A stretch of 64,000 nucleotides of DNA, taken from positions 52,638,001 to 52,702,000 of the forward strand of contig NC_042997.1 in assembly GCF_006345805.1 (NCBI RefSeq). The letters run 5' to 3'. Below are positions 38,761-53,654 of the stretch, piece after piece; the first letter of the stretch is position 1; every line of letters starts with the position of its first letter. The notes beneath the pieces were generated by a model, which saw only the letters and a program-made list of their open reading frames with translations, was not told where the DNA came from and did not search any database. The position numbers were made by a program, and so were the translations under genes. This stretch comes from Octopus sinensis (taxonomy: Eukaryota).

Positions 38761-39631
38761 GTTATTCATTAATTTTGTAGAATTTGAATCTATGATGAGT
38801 TTCTGAAAGATTAGACTATCCATTTTATCCACCCCCTTTTAAAGCGATAGGATGTTATTTGAGGGTGATACGACTGATATTTCTACCGGGTCATTTGAGC
38901 ACATAAAAGCTTCGCCTCTAGCTGTCAATGATGGACCTTTACTGCTTGCACTGAGATATTTATTAGATATATAAAACTTTATCACGAAGAAAAAAAATAT
39001 ATATTGGCAAGGAATGCTGTGGTATATTTCCTTCCTTTACTTACATACATATTACATCAGCTTCATAAGACGGTTCCTTCAGTACAGTATAATAATTATG
39101 ATATTCAAAGTCATTTAATTTCTTACATATTTTTAACTATCAGCTTATATTGTATTTCTCAGAAGATATCGACGTATTGCCTACTAAAATAGTAGTGAAA
39201 AACTAAGAAGAAAAACAAAGCTGCGTTTATCTTCCAGCACATATGCAACGATTTCGTCTCATATAATAACGAAGTAATCTATTACTAATAGCTGTTATAA
39301 TTTGATCATTATACAAAATCGTTTGCAAGATGGCTTAGTTAGTTGGTCGATATTATAATCATTACAGTAACTGAGTAGAGATATGCTTTGAGATATATAT
39401 TGTGTGTAAATAATATTTATGTATTTTTGTATGCTTCGTTCAAATACACACACTTATGTTCATATACTCATATATATATATATATATATATATACATCCA
39501 TCCATCCATACATACATACATACATACATACATACATACATACATACATACATACGTATAACCAATATGTGTGTGTGGTTGTGTTTTGTGTGTGATGGAC
39601 ATGTGTATGTGTATGTGTGATGGACATGTGT

Positions 39632-39689
<58 letters not shown>

Positions 39690-39997
39690 TTGTGTGTGAG
39701 TCTGTATGTTTATACACATGTAATCAAGCTTCAGAAAAGGATCATTGCGTTTATAAATACATTTTCTTTGTTCATTTGAGCAAGCGTAATTTTCTGTGGT
39801 TAAATGGTCTGGAAGATTCCTTTGAAGACAATTGTTCGAAAAGCATAAAAAAAGAATCTTTCCTTATTCATTTTACCTTCGTATATTGATAATAGTTGTT
39901 TGAGGTCAACCGTATTTTATACCGCTTCTTTGTAGTGGATATGTACTGTCCACTACAGCTCCTAACGAATACTCTCCGTCTCGATTTTTTTCTACTA

Positions 39998-40075
<78 letters not shown>

Positions 40076-40752
40076 CTTGCTCACACACAGAGGTGTGTGT
40101 ACACACATACACATATATAAGTATACACACAGATATATATATGTATGTATAAATGCACGTAGAGAAATATACATACACATACACCTAGATATATTTAATG
40201 ATTGCATGCATACACACTTATGTACATTATACATATGCACATACATGTACGTATGTGTGTGTGTGCACGCTGATATACATACATGCATACGTGTATATGA
40301 ATGTGTATACGTGTATATGGATGTGCATATACATAAATAAATATCTACGTATCCACTTACACATTTTCTATCCCTTTATTGTCTCCACACTCTGCTAACC
40401 CCTACATTTTTTCTGTGTCTCACTCTTATTCTTCAATAAGTTGTCTTCAAAAGGAGCGAGCAGTTAAAATATACATTACTTTACACTATTCCATGTATCT
40501 TCATTCTACGTTCAATTCTGACAATGCTAAAATATTTTATTTATTCTTATTGATAAAACAAAACATTTGGTATTCACTAGGTGCAATACACTTTACTCTT
40601 TTCTCCTTTAAAAAAAATTAGAATTGTGTTTCGTCAATATCTATAATCTGATTTTCAGAGTGTTTTATCATAAGCAAAGTGCGTAATTCATTACGAATGA
40701 AGATTTGTATTATAATTGTAATTATGTAGCTTGTTATACTTGGAGTAGTGTT

Positions 40753-41055
40753 TTGTTGTTTGTTCCTTCTCGAGCCACGCCTGGCTCATAAGGGCCGGTT
40801 TCCCGGTTTCCTTAGCATATAGGTTCCCCACCTGGAGAGGGAAGCCGGTCCGTCGAAGCAGAGCTGCAAGATGCAGGAGGAAAGAGTGAGAGAAAGTTGT
40901 GGCGAAAGAGTTAGCAGAAGTTCATTATCTTTTGCCAGAGCCGCATGGAGCTTAGGTGTTTCGCTCATAAACACACACATCGCCCGGTCTGAGATTCGAA
41001 CCCGCGATCCCTCGACCGCGAGTCCGCTACTCTAACCACTAGGCTATGTGCCTCC
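40753..41055 (-). mobile_element. tRNA-derived SINE, family C
   Basis: Minus-strand head GGAGGCACATAGCCTAGTGGTTAGAG...GGGTTCGAATCTC with clear A and B boxes. A second diverged copy lies at ~43935-44098. Confidence 0.8.
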
Positions 41056-41169
41056 ACTTGGAGTAGTGTAGAGGTAGCAAAAGTTATTCATAATATATTG
41101 CATGATAATCTTACACTGCAGTTAAAGATATTGCATTATATGTCGTGTTAAATGATTTCAACCGTAGAT

Positions 41170-41680
41170 GTGGCTTGGCCGCCGGGGTCATGCACTGTCG
41201 GTCTTCTTTTCAGAGCAGAAATGTGGCTCCTCACGATGACCCTGGCAAAGAAGATCGACAACCCCGATAGACTCGACAGCAGATGGTTGGGGATCAACAA
41301 GAACATCAGATGGTATCATCATGTTTCCAATGAAGAGCTGCTATGAGGCAAGCATCAGCACGCAGCCTCCTGCCTCATAGCCATTTGCTGCATGCGCTGG
41401 TGCAGACATTTCCTTCTCCTCCCGCTAGATCATCCTACCAGGACCTTACTCTCGTTCGACGCAGCAGGACCAGGCTGGAAGAGGCTCCGTGGCAGGCCCT
41501 GCAGCAGATGGCTGAACGTGATGAAGGAAGATCTCTAGAAGCTTGACGTCGTCTTAGTGGATGTAGAGGGATTGATCACTGGACCGCCAGCAAATGGAGG
41601 ACTAGTAGACCTGGTCGGTTCTATGCACGATGATGCCGCTGGGACCGCTAACCTGGGATGACTCCATCCCAATCGAGCAA
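41170..41680 (+). mobile_element. RTE-clade LINE 3' relic
   Basis: LLF.AEMWLLT..LAKKID...IRWYHHVSNEEL...GWKR.RGRP..RWLNVMKEDL across frames. Confidence 0.7.
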
Positions 41681-42217
41681 GAGTATAGAGAAGGAGAGAG
41701 AGAGAGAGAGGGGGGGAGTGAGTTAATGCTCAAGTTGAGCTTCGGTAGTCGATACCTATAATAAAAATATAGTTAGAGTGTCTAGTTTTGGAGAGAAAAG
41801 ACTAGATGAAGTGCTTATTGTAAGATTTTTGAAAGTAAGACGCAGATAAGGGTGGCGATACTCAACTTCAGAGTTCAGAGGAGAAGGAACTGTCACAATA
41901 AGATCGGAAGTATTATAGTTGAAATGTATCAATGAATGAAAGCTTGCCGAGGTGGGATTGGTTGTAGTCTAGAATGTTTATGTATGTAGTAATTGATTGT
42001 TCTACCCCAGATATACCAGAAATACTCTACACGTGTCTTAGAAAGGGCCATTTAGAGTTATCAATCAAATCTCCCCTGAAATAACATTCTACAAAATACA
42101 ACCAGTCGGCACATGCGAGTGAGTATGGTTTGGAATACGTATCATGCTTTCGAGATTAGTTTTAGACGCTCTCTTGGCTGCCTCACCCTTAATCCAGCGG
42201 AAGATCTAGAATGTGAC

Positions 42218-42273
<56 letters not shown>

Positions 42274-42799
42274 TGTACCAGCGTCCAGCTGGCATTCATT
42301 ACAGCTGAAGAGATTTGAACGACGTGAAACGAAGTAGCTTGCTGAAAGGGACAAAGTACTGCTCTATCCTGGATTTGAACTCATGTCCTTAGGTTTCTTA
42401 AGCCGAACGTTCGAACCCCTACGCTATACGCTTTCATAGATTACACCGTCACATCTTAATAAAAACAATGGATTCGTTGAGAATCGTGATACAGAGAGCT
42501 GTAGGCATAATAAAAAGACGGGGTGGTCATGGCTAGAACATTTTTGATTTGAAGGTTGAGCTGGGGTTAAACAAATACATATTTTTCTTCGACAAGTGGC
42601 CAAAGACTTTTGAATATATTCAGCATGTTGGTGGTAGTTACTTTATCGGATCTTAAATGATGAAAGGAAACCCAATCCCAGTCGATGTTGGAACAAAACT
42701 TTTATTTAAAAGAAACTGAATAGTTGTTTTTAAAACCAATATAACTGAAAATTTCGAAACTTAATACGCACGTCTAGATTTTGTTTTATTTTTGTTTCA

Positions 42800-42842
<43 letters not shown>

Positions 42843-43611
42843 CTCGCACGCACATACATACGCACACAAGCAGACACACAAAGTCGTCTTAATAAGTTAC
42901 ATACTTGATTAAGATAGGTCTGTAAGTCATAGAGGATTTAGTTACCCTATAATAAACGTTTCTGCTCGCTGTGTTTGTTATTTGATATACGTGGTACGCA
43001 ATCAAATGTATTTATTTCTATTTCCCTGTTCAAATGTGTGTGATAAGGAAAAAGGCCTCACAAGCAGATTTTCCTGTATAGGGAATAATCTAAAGTATTC
43101 TCTATTTGATTAGTTGCTTTACTAACCACATACACATTCGGCGCTAACCATAAGTGCTCAAATTATTGTAATATTTGTTCTTGTTGTTGTTTAGCCCCAG
43201 GTCAGCTTTGATGGTGCAGTCCTATGATTAAAGTCATTCTAGTTGGGACTGTTTCAATTATTTTTCTTTTTTAAGACGTAGTATATCTAGGACTACATTG
43301 ACCAATGTGCTCTTTCTTATTTTTTAAGCTTCAAGTTTTGTCAGTTATTTCTAGCGTGTAAAGCGATACCCCATTTTCTTCCTCACATATATTCTTTATC
43401 CGGTCGGTATAGAAGTTGTTTACAACCATTAGAATAAGAGGGAAAGAGCGAAGGGTGGCTTTGCAGCAGGATGGGAGAGACAGCAGAAAGAGTCTCTTGT
43501 TGGTTATGGAGCAAGATAGAGGGGTTAATCTGGAAGCCAGGAGATGATGAGCAGTGATTTGGCCACCTCTGCTCTATGTGTGTGCTTCGACACACACACA
43601 CACACACGTTG

Positions 43612-43644
<33 letters not shown>

Positions 43645-43934
43645 GATCAGGACTCACGACATTAGCCACAAAGAATAATATCTAATTCGAGCCTACTACA
43701 AGCTACTAAGAATGCGTGTGGCAACTTGAAGATCCACCCACCACACGCGATAGAATGGCGGTTGCACGGGGTTCAAAAGTTACGTTGTTATCCTCATTCC
43801 GTAAACGGTGGCTTTCAACGGGTGGAGAGCTGAACCATCCTGGGGTACAGAGGATTCGCAATGCAGTCTAGGGTCTGAAAGTTTACCACACCATAGTGGG
43901 TTATACCATGGTTCCTCTGCTTTGTGGCAAAATT

Positions 43935-44098
43935 AGGAAGAAAGAGTGAGAGAAAGTTGTGGTGAAAGAGTACAGCGGCGTTCGCCACCCTCCCCCCGCC
44001 GGAGCCTCGTGGAGCTTATGTGTTTTTGCTCAATAAACACTCACAATGCCCGGTCTGGGAATCGAAATCGCGCTCTTACGACTGCGAGTCGGCTTCCT
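43935..44098 (-). mobile_element. SINE family C fragment
   Basis: AAAGAGTGAGAGAAAGTTGTGG...GGAGCTTA...GCCCGGTCTG..AATCGAA shared with 40753-41055. Confidence 0.7.
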
Positions 44099-46089
44099 CT
44101 GTTGTTGTTATTGCTGTTGTTGTTAAGTCCCAAGTTTGTCCTGAACTTAGGTCCAAAGGCGTTGCAACTATGACCAACTTGTCTTTTCCATATCTATGAC
44201 CACATCCCCACATGTCATCGTTATTTTTTATGACTGTAATATGTTTTGTGGGATGTTTAATTATTATTGATTGTAAGCCAGGAGATTGCGTTGAGGCTCT
44301 TTCGCTGGTTTATAACATTTGTTACTGATGCTGTTGTTATTGTTGCTCCAAATGTTGACTAAGGGTTTAGTGTATACTCGAGGAGAGTGTGTTAGGGTAT
44401 TGGGACAAGAAGAAGAATAGGCCAGCTACGTAGGTATGTTTAGAACGGGTACAAAATTTGCAGGGGAGTAGAGGCTGTTGCATTAACGGTAAAAGAGGAG
44501 CAGCGGCTGTTGTAATAGCGGTAAAGAAGAAAAGAAAAGAAATAGCACATTCATGAATTTGAACGTCAAACTGCTCGGATGTTTTTCTCCTGAATGCAGC
44601 CGAAGATATTTGCGCATAACAGCAGCAATCGCACACAATTTGTTGCCCAATGTATATCAGAAGAAGAATGAAAAAAATACCATCAAGCCATCTTCACGTG
44701 TGTGTGTGTGTTTCTACTCTATACCGTTTTCTTCTTTCATCCTTCTCTAATTCCCTTTTTCTCCCCCCCCATTCACAGTTTTCTATCTGTATCTCTCCCT
44801 CTCTTTCTTTTTTTCTCTCTCTCGTTGTTCACACGTGACCATCATCCGTCTTTCTTTTCATTACATGACCATATTTCTTTTCTTGCACGGACGTTTAAAA
44901 GGACCGACGTGTTTTTTCTTTCTGTCTTCTATCTTTTCTCTTTTCAAAAAAAATGTTTCTCCCAGCGTTCACTATTTTCCTCTCATTCTGGTCTAGTTTA
45001 GAATTTATGGGAGCAACTGTATTTGAAGACTCATATTATCGTTGAATGCTCGAAATGAGGAGTAGATAGACAGGCGACAACTGTCTCTATGTTTACATAT
45101 CCTGTTTTCCATTTCTTCTCGTTGTTTACGTATTTCACTCGTTTGCTTACGTATTTCATGTTATTTGCACCGTTGGTGACGTCCTGTACAAAATTGTATT
45201 CGCAGGGTTTATCTCACACTATTATTTAATAACCCGTTCCCAACCTTAAAAAAATAGGAAAGTGCGTCAACTGAAGGAAATTCGATTGCAATTTATAGTT
45301 GGTCGAGCGACCCCTAGCGGCTCCATAGTTTTCACCTGTGTGATTTGAAGGAGATTTGGGAGCTATTTCAAGCAGATCGTGTGGCCACAGTAGCTTTTGT
45401 GATACATAGAGCAGTTGTTTGCAGAACCGGCAGTGCGACGAGCAAAATGATTATCGATATTTAGTTACCTTCGTTTCCATGTTTTAATTCAAACCCTGCC
45501 GTGATCGACTTTTTTTTTTATCCCTCTATAGTCGAATAGCGGGAAATTAAAATTATAGGATAAGAATCAGAGAGAAAAATAGCAACAATAATGTCGGAAC
45601 AAAACTATCTCATAAAAAGTGTCACAGACAAAACTTGGCCGTTTAATGTTGTTTAATCACAGCTCAGCCTTGATCGAACTTACATATAACCAAAGGATAT
45701 CTAGCACTACATTATTCAATAACCTGTTCCCAACCTTAAAATAAAAATGGGGAAGTCACAGAAAAACCGTCTATAAATTATTAACATGAAAGGGTTTTCG
45801 TTTTCTAATATCTTTAATCGAAGGTGAGCCATTCTGATACGCATAAATGCTATTTTGCAAATTGATGATCTTTTGCTGAGCTGTCGACCATAAAAAAAAG
45901 CAAAAAAACTTATAATCGACAATAATCACGGGAGAATACTAAATCAGCATTTCAAATATATTTTAAAATCTTTCGGTGACTTTAATGCAATTTGTAATTT
46001 CTATAATGATACAAAATTATTGTTATTAAGAAGTATATATAGCAATTATTTAAATCGTGATTAAAATACATTTGATATTGAATATTATT

Positions 46090-46405
46090 TAAGGCGGCGA
46101 GCAGGTAGAAACGTTCGCATGCCAGGTGAAATACGTAGCCTTATTTCGTCTGCGGTTACGTTCTGAGTTCAAATTCCGCCGAGGTCGACTTTGCCTTTCA
46201 TCCTTTCGGGGTCGATTTAATAAGTACCAGTTACGCACTTGGGTCGATATAATCGACTTAATCCGTTTGTCTGTCCTTACTGTGTTTAGCCCCTTGTGGG
46301 TAGTAAAGAAATAGGTATTTCGTCTGTCTTTACGTTCTGAGTTCAAATTCCGCCGAGGTCGACTTTCGGGGTCGTAATGGAGTCGATCTAATCGACTGGC
46401 CACTC
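46090..46405 (+). mobile_element. SINE family B, long/dimeric form
   Basis: Same two-module structure as 25091-25475. Confidence 0.8.
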
Positions 46406-46821
46406 CCACAAAAAGTAGAAAAGGATATTGAATATTATTACTAAAATGTTATGCGTCATATGACGTGCAAGTTTTGAAACATACTTTTACCACCTCGAGT
46501 AATATCAGGAAATATGACATACATACAATAATTGGAATTTAACTGTTATCAAATTTCTTGGTGCTGATACACGATGAAATGAATATTGATTTTTAAAATA
46601 TAAATATTTGTTACTTTAAAATAAAATAAAATAAACTTCTCATTTGTATATTTGCAATAAATGCTATTATTTTTCTAATTTTTCTCGACATAATCGCAAT
46701 CCACTCCATCAAAAACTTATTTCTGCAAAATTTCATTAAAAAATGTGTATTTTTCAGAAAGTTGTGAGAATCAAAATAGGTGGAGGGACACTAAACTGGA
46801 GTTATGCAACCCTCAACACCC

Positions 46822-46897
<76 letters not shown>

Positions 46898-48071
46898 TTC
46901 TGACAACTCATTTCCAAATGTAAACGAAAATATTATTTGTAAGTTTGCAAAAGAGAAATTTCAGCTGAATTGTAAATTTGCAAATATTTTTACGTGCATC
47001 TTTCATTTTAATAACAAATGTATTATTTTATGCGATGTTATCTTCATGAATTAACTACTTCATACTGTTGAGAAACGAAAACAGAAATCTATGACAGTGA
47101 TGTTTAATAACCGATATTTAAAACGTTACTTAATCGTTTCCCATACTCAGGAGATAAGTTTATTTTTGTACATTCCTAGTTTCATTTTGCTTCTTTTCGA
47201 ATCCCGGTTTTATGTTCGCCGTAAATTTTCTAAAACAATCGTCAATGTCGAGTGTGTATGCTCTTCTATGTGAATCTGTGTGTATGTGTGTGAGATAGAT
47301 AGATAGAGAGAGAGAGAAGAGAGAGAGGGGAATAGAGGGAGAGAGGGACATACAGTCAGAGACAGACAGACAGAGACAGAGAATGTGCGTGCGTGTCTGT
47401 AAACTTCCATAATATAAAAATCAGTACGAAGATAAATTTTGTTTTCATTTACAAAATTAAAAGAAATAAATGTGGTGTATTTTAACGCATAGAAGGTAAG
47501 CGGTGGCTTCTTTTAACTGGCTCTTAAATCGATTCCCTCTTCCAATATGTTTACTGAATGATATATTTTGGTGGCATTAAATATTAGTGCTTTTTTTTCT
47601 TTTAGCTTATTAGTAATTTCTGTTGCTCCCCAAAACTCTATTCATCTTTTTAATCTTCCCTTGGTTCTTTTATACAAGAATACTCTCTCTCTCTCTGACA
47701 CTCGCGTTTCAATCGTATTTTTCATCTCCACAACGCTTCCTTTCTCTCTAGACACCTTCTCTATTTCAAATAAGCGTTACACTTCACAAGGTGTGCATGG
47801 GGCCGTAAAATTAAGAGAGAAGTAAAGTAGCGAAACAGAAAAGATATAATTTCGTGAAATACCTGGAGACTTTAAAGAATTAGTATTATGTTTCTCCTTT
47901 TTTGTTTTTTCATGATTGATTTTGAACATTATTGCCTGAGTTTAGGCAAATAGTAAGTTCAACGTCGCAGCGTGTATATATATATGTACACATACACATA
48001 TAATATACATATATATATATATATATACACACACAAACATATATATATACACATACACATATAATATACAT

Positions 48072-48139
<68 letters not shown>

Positions 48140-48169
48140 TACACATACACATATAATATACATATACAC

Positions 48170-48207
<38 letters not shown>

Positions 48208-48526
48208 CATACACAAAGACACACATACACACATATATATACGTATATACATATACACATGTGCATATGCAGATATCTATATAATTGCACGCTTGTATGT
48301 ATGTATGTGTGTATATATGTATGATAAGTCACGCAAACAAAAACATACACAAGAAATTAAGCGCATGTATTCATAAACATGTTTGAATATATAGACATTA
48401 TAAATTCTCATATATACATATATGTGCACACGCATATAATGTCCCTTTTGTGTGTGTGCGCGTGCGTGTGTGCATATATATACGTGTGTGTACAATTGTG
48501 TGTGCACGCGAGTAAGGTTGTTTATG

Positions 48527-48723
48527 GAAGGCCATGCATAGCAGCCCTCTTCCATGCCACTGATGTTATCCAAGGGAAAGGTAATTCATTTCTACAGATG
48601 AGTGAACTAAAGCAACGGGAAATAAAGTCTCTTACTCAAGAACACAACATACAGCCCGATCCGAGAATCGAACTCACTACCTAGTGATTGTGAGCCAGAC
48701 GCTCTAACCACTGAGCCATGCGC

Positions 48724-48726
<3 letters not shown>
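48527..48726 (-). mobile_element. tRNA-derived SINE with CORE/Meta-like central domain (family D)
   Basis: Minus head GGCGCATGGCTCAGTGGTTAGAGCG...GAGTTCGATTCTC followed by CTTGAGTAAGAGACTTTATTTC...TCATCTGTAGAAATG. More degenerate relatives at ~36290-36520 and ~42270-42434. Confidence 0.7.
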
Positions 48727-48821
<95 letters not shown>

Positions 48822-48848
48822 GTGTGTGTTGTGTGTGGCAAGGGTGTA

Positions 48849-49225
48849 CAGGTGTCAATACATTGCGGCCGTTTCAAGCGGCTCCATTTAATTGATTAAT
48901 AAAAACATTACATCAGTTTGAAACAAAACGCTATCTTCAGACGCAGATGATCATATAAATTTCCAACATAATGGATAAACCATTTAAAACAAATTTACAT
49001 CAAAAATAGAATACGTGTGATTCTGCTACAGATATAACAAGGAAAAATATAATTATTTTCGTTTCTATTATTTATGTAAATTTGTTAAAAGTGGTTTATC
49101 CCTTATTTTTGAAATCTATATGGTCATTTGCATTTGAAAAGAGCAGTTTCTTTCAAATTGACGTAATATTTTCATTGATTAATTAAATGGAGCCACTTGA
49201 AACGACCGTAATGTATTGACACCTG
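48849..49225. mobile_element. Tc1/mariner-type MITE
   Basis: ~55-bp TIRs CAGGTGTCAATACATT(G/A)CGG(C/T)CGTTTCAAG(C/T)GGCTCCATTTAATT, TA flanks at 48847-48 and 49226-27, no ORF. Confidence 0.9.
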
Positions 49226-49759
49226 TACATCCTTGTTACTTATTTACATTCTGTTCACCTAACTTGAAGATGTGCGGAATATACCGAACTGGCAAGGTGC
49301 CTCGATTTAAATACCTAATCCAACTGAATCTTTATATATATATATATATATATATAGGAATAATAGAAAATGGAGACAAACGCACAAGATGTCATTTAAA
49401 TCATTTATATCACCATGTCACTGATATATGTTTCAAGTGATGCATTAAAATAAATCCGAGGCAAAGAATAATGTGGAAAAATGCATCAATCTTATCAGGG
49501 AGGAGATCTTAAAGAACACTGCTCATCAATAACCCGTTTTTGCAGATATAAGAAACTATAATATATTATATGTAATATGTATGGAAAACAGGTGGATAAG
49601 TAACGCTGGTAATTTTAAAATACCGTTAAGAAATTTGACGTCAGAAGAGAAGGAAGAGAGAAAGAGAATTAAAGGAGAAATGGAGGTTTAAACAAGTAGA
49701 AAGTGAATGATAGATGGATAGAAAAGATGAAGGAAAGAATGGGATGTGTGGGATGAAAA

Positions 49760-50279
49760 GAATAAAGAGTAAGTTGCAGCCTTTGATACGAAGAAAATTG
49801 CACTTACTTGAAAACGGATCCCATACCACATAAATTGATGCATCTACCACATATATGTTCTTCCAGTGGTTTTATATGAGCTAGAATGTGTCAATTGGAT
49901 TTCTGTTGCATTACAGAAACTGGAAATCTTTCAGGATCATTTAATGCGACTTATTACCAATATCAAATTCTCAGACCATGTCAGAATCGAAGATCTAAGA
50001 CAAATAACAAAATGACCTCCAGTCATCATAAATAAAGTACTGAAACTGTGTGGCCATACTAAGCGAATAGTTAGTTTGTAGAGTCAGCAAGATCTGTTTG
50101 GAAAACATGATTAATGGAAAGAGAACCAGAGGCCGGCAATCTAAGAAATGGGAGGTAACACCGCGACATGGACATGTCTTAACATAACTTCCCTGAACGC
50201 TCTTGCCAAAGATCGAATACTATGGAGGAAATTGTCTGATGTTCGTGTGCAGTCTGCCACAGGCGGAGACAGCGGAAAT

Positions 50280-50328
<49 letters not shown>
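49760..50328 (+). mobile_element. RTE-clade LINE 3' relic with (GAT)n tail
   Basis: VLPVVLY...DHVRIEDLR...GHTKR...LENMINGKRTRGR...ALAKDRILWRK, ending in a (GAT)n microsatellite tail. Confidence 0.7.
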
Positions 50329-50331
<3 letters not shown>

Positions 50332-50550
50332 AATGTATATTTTATAACGGTGTAGACCTATCGAGAGAATCAATAATCTTACATTGTAGTGCCCGAAGTC
50401 ACCAACTGGGCAGTGAAATATATACTCAAACAGATGTCAAGAAGGAAAATACTCGACAACAATCTCCTCGATCGATACCATCTTTGATGGAATCGAAATT
50501 CCGAGAGAACTTGCCGAACTATACAAGCCGTGTATGATCAAAGAGAATTA

Positions 50551-50955
50551 TAGCTGCGTGGTTAGGAAGCTCGTTTTGCAACCACGTTGTTTTGGTTTCA
50601 AACCCACTACACGCTACCTTGGGTGTCTTCTACAACAGCCTCGGATTGACGGAAACTGTGAGGAAATTCGTTGTATATGTATGTGTATGTGTGTGTGTGC
50701 GTATGTGTGTGTGTGTGAGTGCGCGTGTGTGTATGCGTGTGCGCGTGTCTTTGTGTATGTCTTGTGTTTGTCTTCAACCTCTGCTTAACGTATTGGTTTG
50801 TTGACATCCTTGTAAGTTGGCGTTTCGACAAAAGAGACGCAACTATAAGTAACAGGCATTAAAATATAAGTACTGAAGTAGATTTGTTCGACTGAACCCT
50901 TCAAGGTGCAGCCCAGCATGGCCGCAGTCCAATGCCTGAAACGAGTAAAAGGAAT
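50551..50955 (+). mobile_element. SINE family A, diverged full-length copy
   Basis: Degenerate head, (TG)n middle, tail CAGCATGGCCGCAGTCCAATGCCTGAAACGAGTAAAAG. Confidence 0.7.
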
Positions 50956-50959
50956 ACGA

Positions 50960-51230
50960 TATGCTATTGCGACAACATTCATTGCTTATGAGAAAAGCTT
51001 TGATTCGGCAGAGAAGCAAGTTGTGTTGAACTGGTTGAAAGATCAAGGCATTGAAGAAAATCTACATCCGCTTGAAGAAAGCTGTCTATGCGTATAGCGT
51101 GGATATCACGTGTCGAGTGATAACATCCAAACAAAGAGGACAAGAGAGCATCCTATTATCAAAAGTTTTTACAGCATGCCCGTCAGGCCGGGAGAAGAGA
51201 AGAATAATTATCAATGGAAACAACAGATCT
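50960..51230 (+). mobile_element. RTE-type reverse transcriptase fragment
   Basis: FIAYEKSFDSAE..VVLN.LKDQGIEE... (RT domain 2-3 motif), then LSKVFTAC. Confidence 0.6.
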
Positions 51231-51500
51231 ATTCGATCTCAGTCACGGAATTTTTAATTGATTTTTTTGAACTAAACAATTTCAAACTTCGAATACTGGT
51301 AGAATTTCTCACGTAGAGCACGGTTTACTCTGAACGTTTTTGATAAAATTTCGTATTTTAGCAGTTATTTCGTGTTAAAGTTGTCGTTATAGGGTAATTT
51401 CAACCAATCGACGACGTGTATTCGGTTGAAGAAAGCTACTGTTGTTTGCAATAGTAATCGAAGAGGAACAACTTTCGGGTCATCTCTAGTAAATGTCACC
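51224..51500 (+). mobile_element. Diverged relative of the 13483-13928 MITE
   Basis: Shares AACTAAAxAATTTxAAACTTCGxATACTxGTAGAAT and TTCAACCAATC in the same order. Termini are not resolved. Confidence 0.4.
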
Positions 51501-53372
51501 ACTCTGTATATCGAGCGAAGATGATGCCACCTTTATCCTTTCTGCTTTTCTAGTCAGCACCGTGCATTCCTTACTCTTTCCCTCCCTTCTACACTATCAA
51601 CTAGCAGCCAGCGAGCGAACTTGTCACTGCCACTACAATTACCGTATTTTCCGGTGTATAAGCCGCTATTTGTTTTGTCTTACCCACATGTTTTGATAAT
51701 GCTATTTTTTTTATCTAATAAAGACTTATATTGACGAGATGTGTTTGTTGTTGATTATAGTAAGATAAAATCATGACAATAATAATACATCTCATAGTTG
51801 TAAAATAAGGCATTTCGAAACTACATAGTAAGTTAATTAATAAATTAACACAAATGGTAAGTATTAAGGCGTTTCACTTTAGAAGTGAAAACTCTTTCCA
51901 TTCAGAATTCAAATCTTGTCGGGGTCGAGGAAATAAGAGCTAGTTAAGGACTAGAGTTGATTTAATTGCCTGTCAGGTGTCTTGGTTTCTTGAAGCAAGG
52001 TGATGCAGACAAGAAAAGTGAATGAATCTTTTTAGTGCTTTTTGTGCTTTAAGGGTAGAAGGGGATGTAAACCTCAAAGGCTACAGGTTTTATCCGAGAA
52101 GCAGTGTCCTCAGACTTTATTAATTTTGAAAGAAATAACTTTAGAATGGCACTAATATTTGATGAGTGAAGAGGTGTGTGACACGCCCGACAGAAGAAAA
52201 AGGCAAACATTCATGATTGCTGATGCTATATACAAGAATTTCGTAGTTAAAACGACACCAGTTTTATCAAGCTTGTTTAAAATACCCAGGGTTTTTAATT
52301 CTGGTGAATTTTGAACTTTTTTTAATTCTTCATTCTACTGTATAGTCTTTCAATAGTTTTAAATTTCAAAATAGCATTCTGTATATCTTCATGTGGATAT
52401 ACAGTAGAAAGCCAGAAAACTGAAATGTTCATCCCAAGAGAGTATCTCGTATAGGGCTAAAAAGCACAGAATTATATCAGTAACAGGCAAAAAACATCCC
52501 GCAGTGGGGATACAGTTGCTAAACTCAGATTTCTAGTTCTTTGAACAGCATCAGTAGCAAGTATTCGCGAGCAACCGCATGTCAAGACAAATTCAGATCC
52601 CACTGATACAGAAAAAACAGTGATTAACAAATCACTGGTGTCGCAAAGATAAAATATTTTAAATTTTAAAATTCTTTGGAAATAACGCACAATTGAAGAA
52701 TATTTTATCAAAAGTTTCCAATGTAATATTATTGGTATCCTAATTCTTAGAGACAATTTTCATATCCTCCTACGTATGTATTTATTGTGAATTGTTCAAG
52801 TAGTGTGTAAACATTTGTTTTATGTACTATTAATGGTGGTGAAATATGAGTCAATGATATTTTATTATGTATCATAATTACAGCAAGTTTGTATATCAAA
52901 CGTTTCTGGTCGAGTATTTTATAGCTGTCTGTTTCTATTTGGCTTCACATAAAATTTGAATCACCTTAGTCTTGTACATTTTACAATATTATTTTTATTA
53001 TTAATCCGATTATTTTTAAGATTGTGTTAAAGTTTGTATGTTCATTCACTTTCCAGACCTCTAAATCATTAAATTATGTAAAATATTTTGTAAAAAGGAG
53101 CGCTAGTAATCAGACGACGACCAAAAGTAGATTAAACAAACAAAATTTATGTGATGAATATGTCTTTTGTTAATTATTTTGTTCATATGATGAGCCATAT
53201 GAGGTTTATTCTATAGATAAACTATTTTAATGTTTAAAACTAACATTTATTGTATAAATAAACAATTAGAATGCATTCAATTATAGAGATGAGCAGAAAA
53301 CACTCTTATTTGCGGCCATATTCTATTTGCTTGCTTACAAGCTGTACCAACTCTCGTATAACGTTTCATAAA

Positions 53373-53478
<106 letters not shown>

Positions 53479-53566
53479 ACATGTTTCAGGAACTGAAACA
53501 TGTTATAATGTATATATAAAAATTAAAAATTGTATAATACAGCAGCATTTTCGAACTTCATTTTTT

Positions 53567-53654
<88 letters not shown>

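Noticed and set aside
40980-41055. tRNA gene (also 48650-48726 and other SINE heads)
   Set aside because: A and B boxes are present, but the acceptor stem is not closed and the sequence continues into a SINE body found in several copies.
44367-44750. Possible first exon or short ORFs in a GC-richer patch
   Set aside because: No recognisable domain, low-complexity composition and no clear splice or promoter architecture.
45225-45760. ~45-bp diverged direct repeat (ATAACC.GTTCCCAACCTTAAAA at ~45236 and ~45720)
   Set aside because: Probably two fragments of a dispersed repeat. No TSD, LTR termini or internal coding evidence.
52472-52756. Membrane-protein-like ORF
   Set aside because: Short, starts at a non-ATG codon, and has no motif support or splice context.
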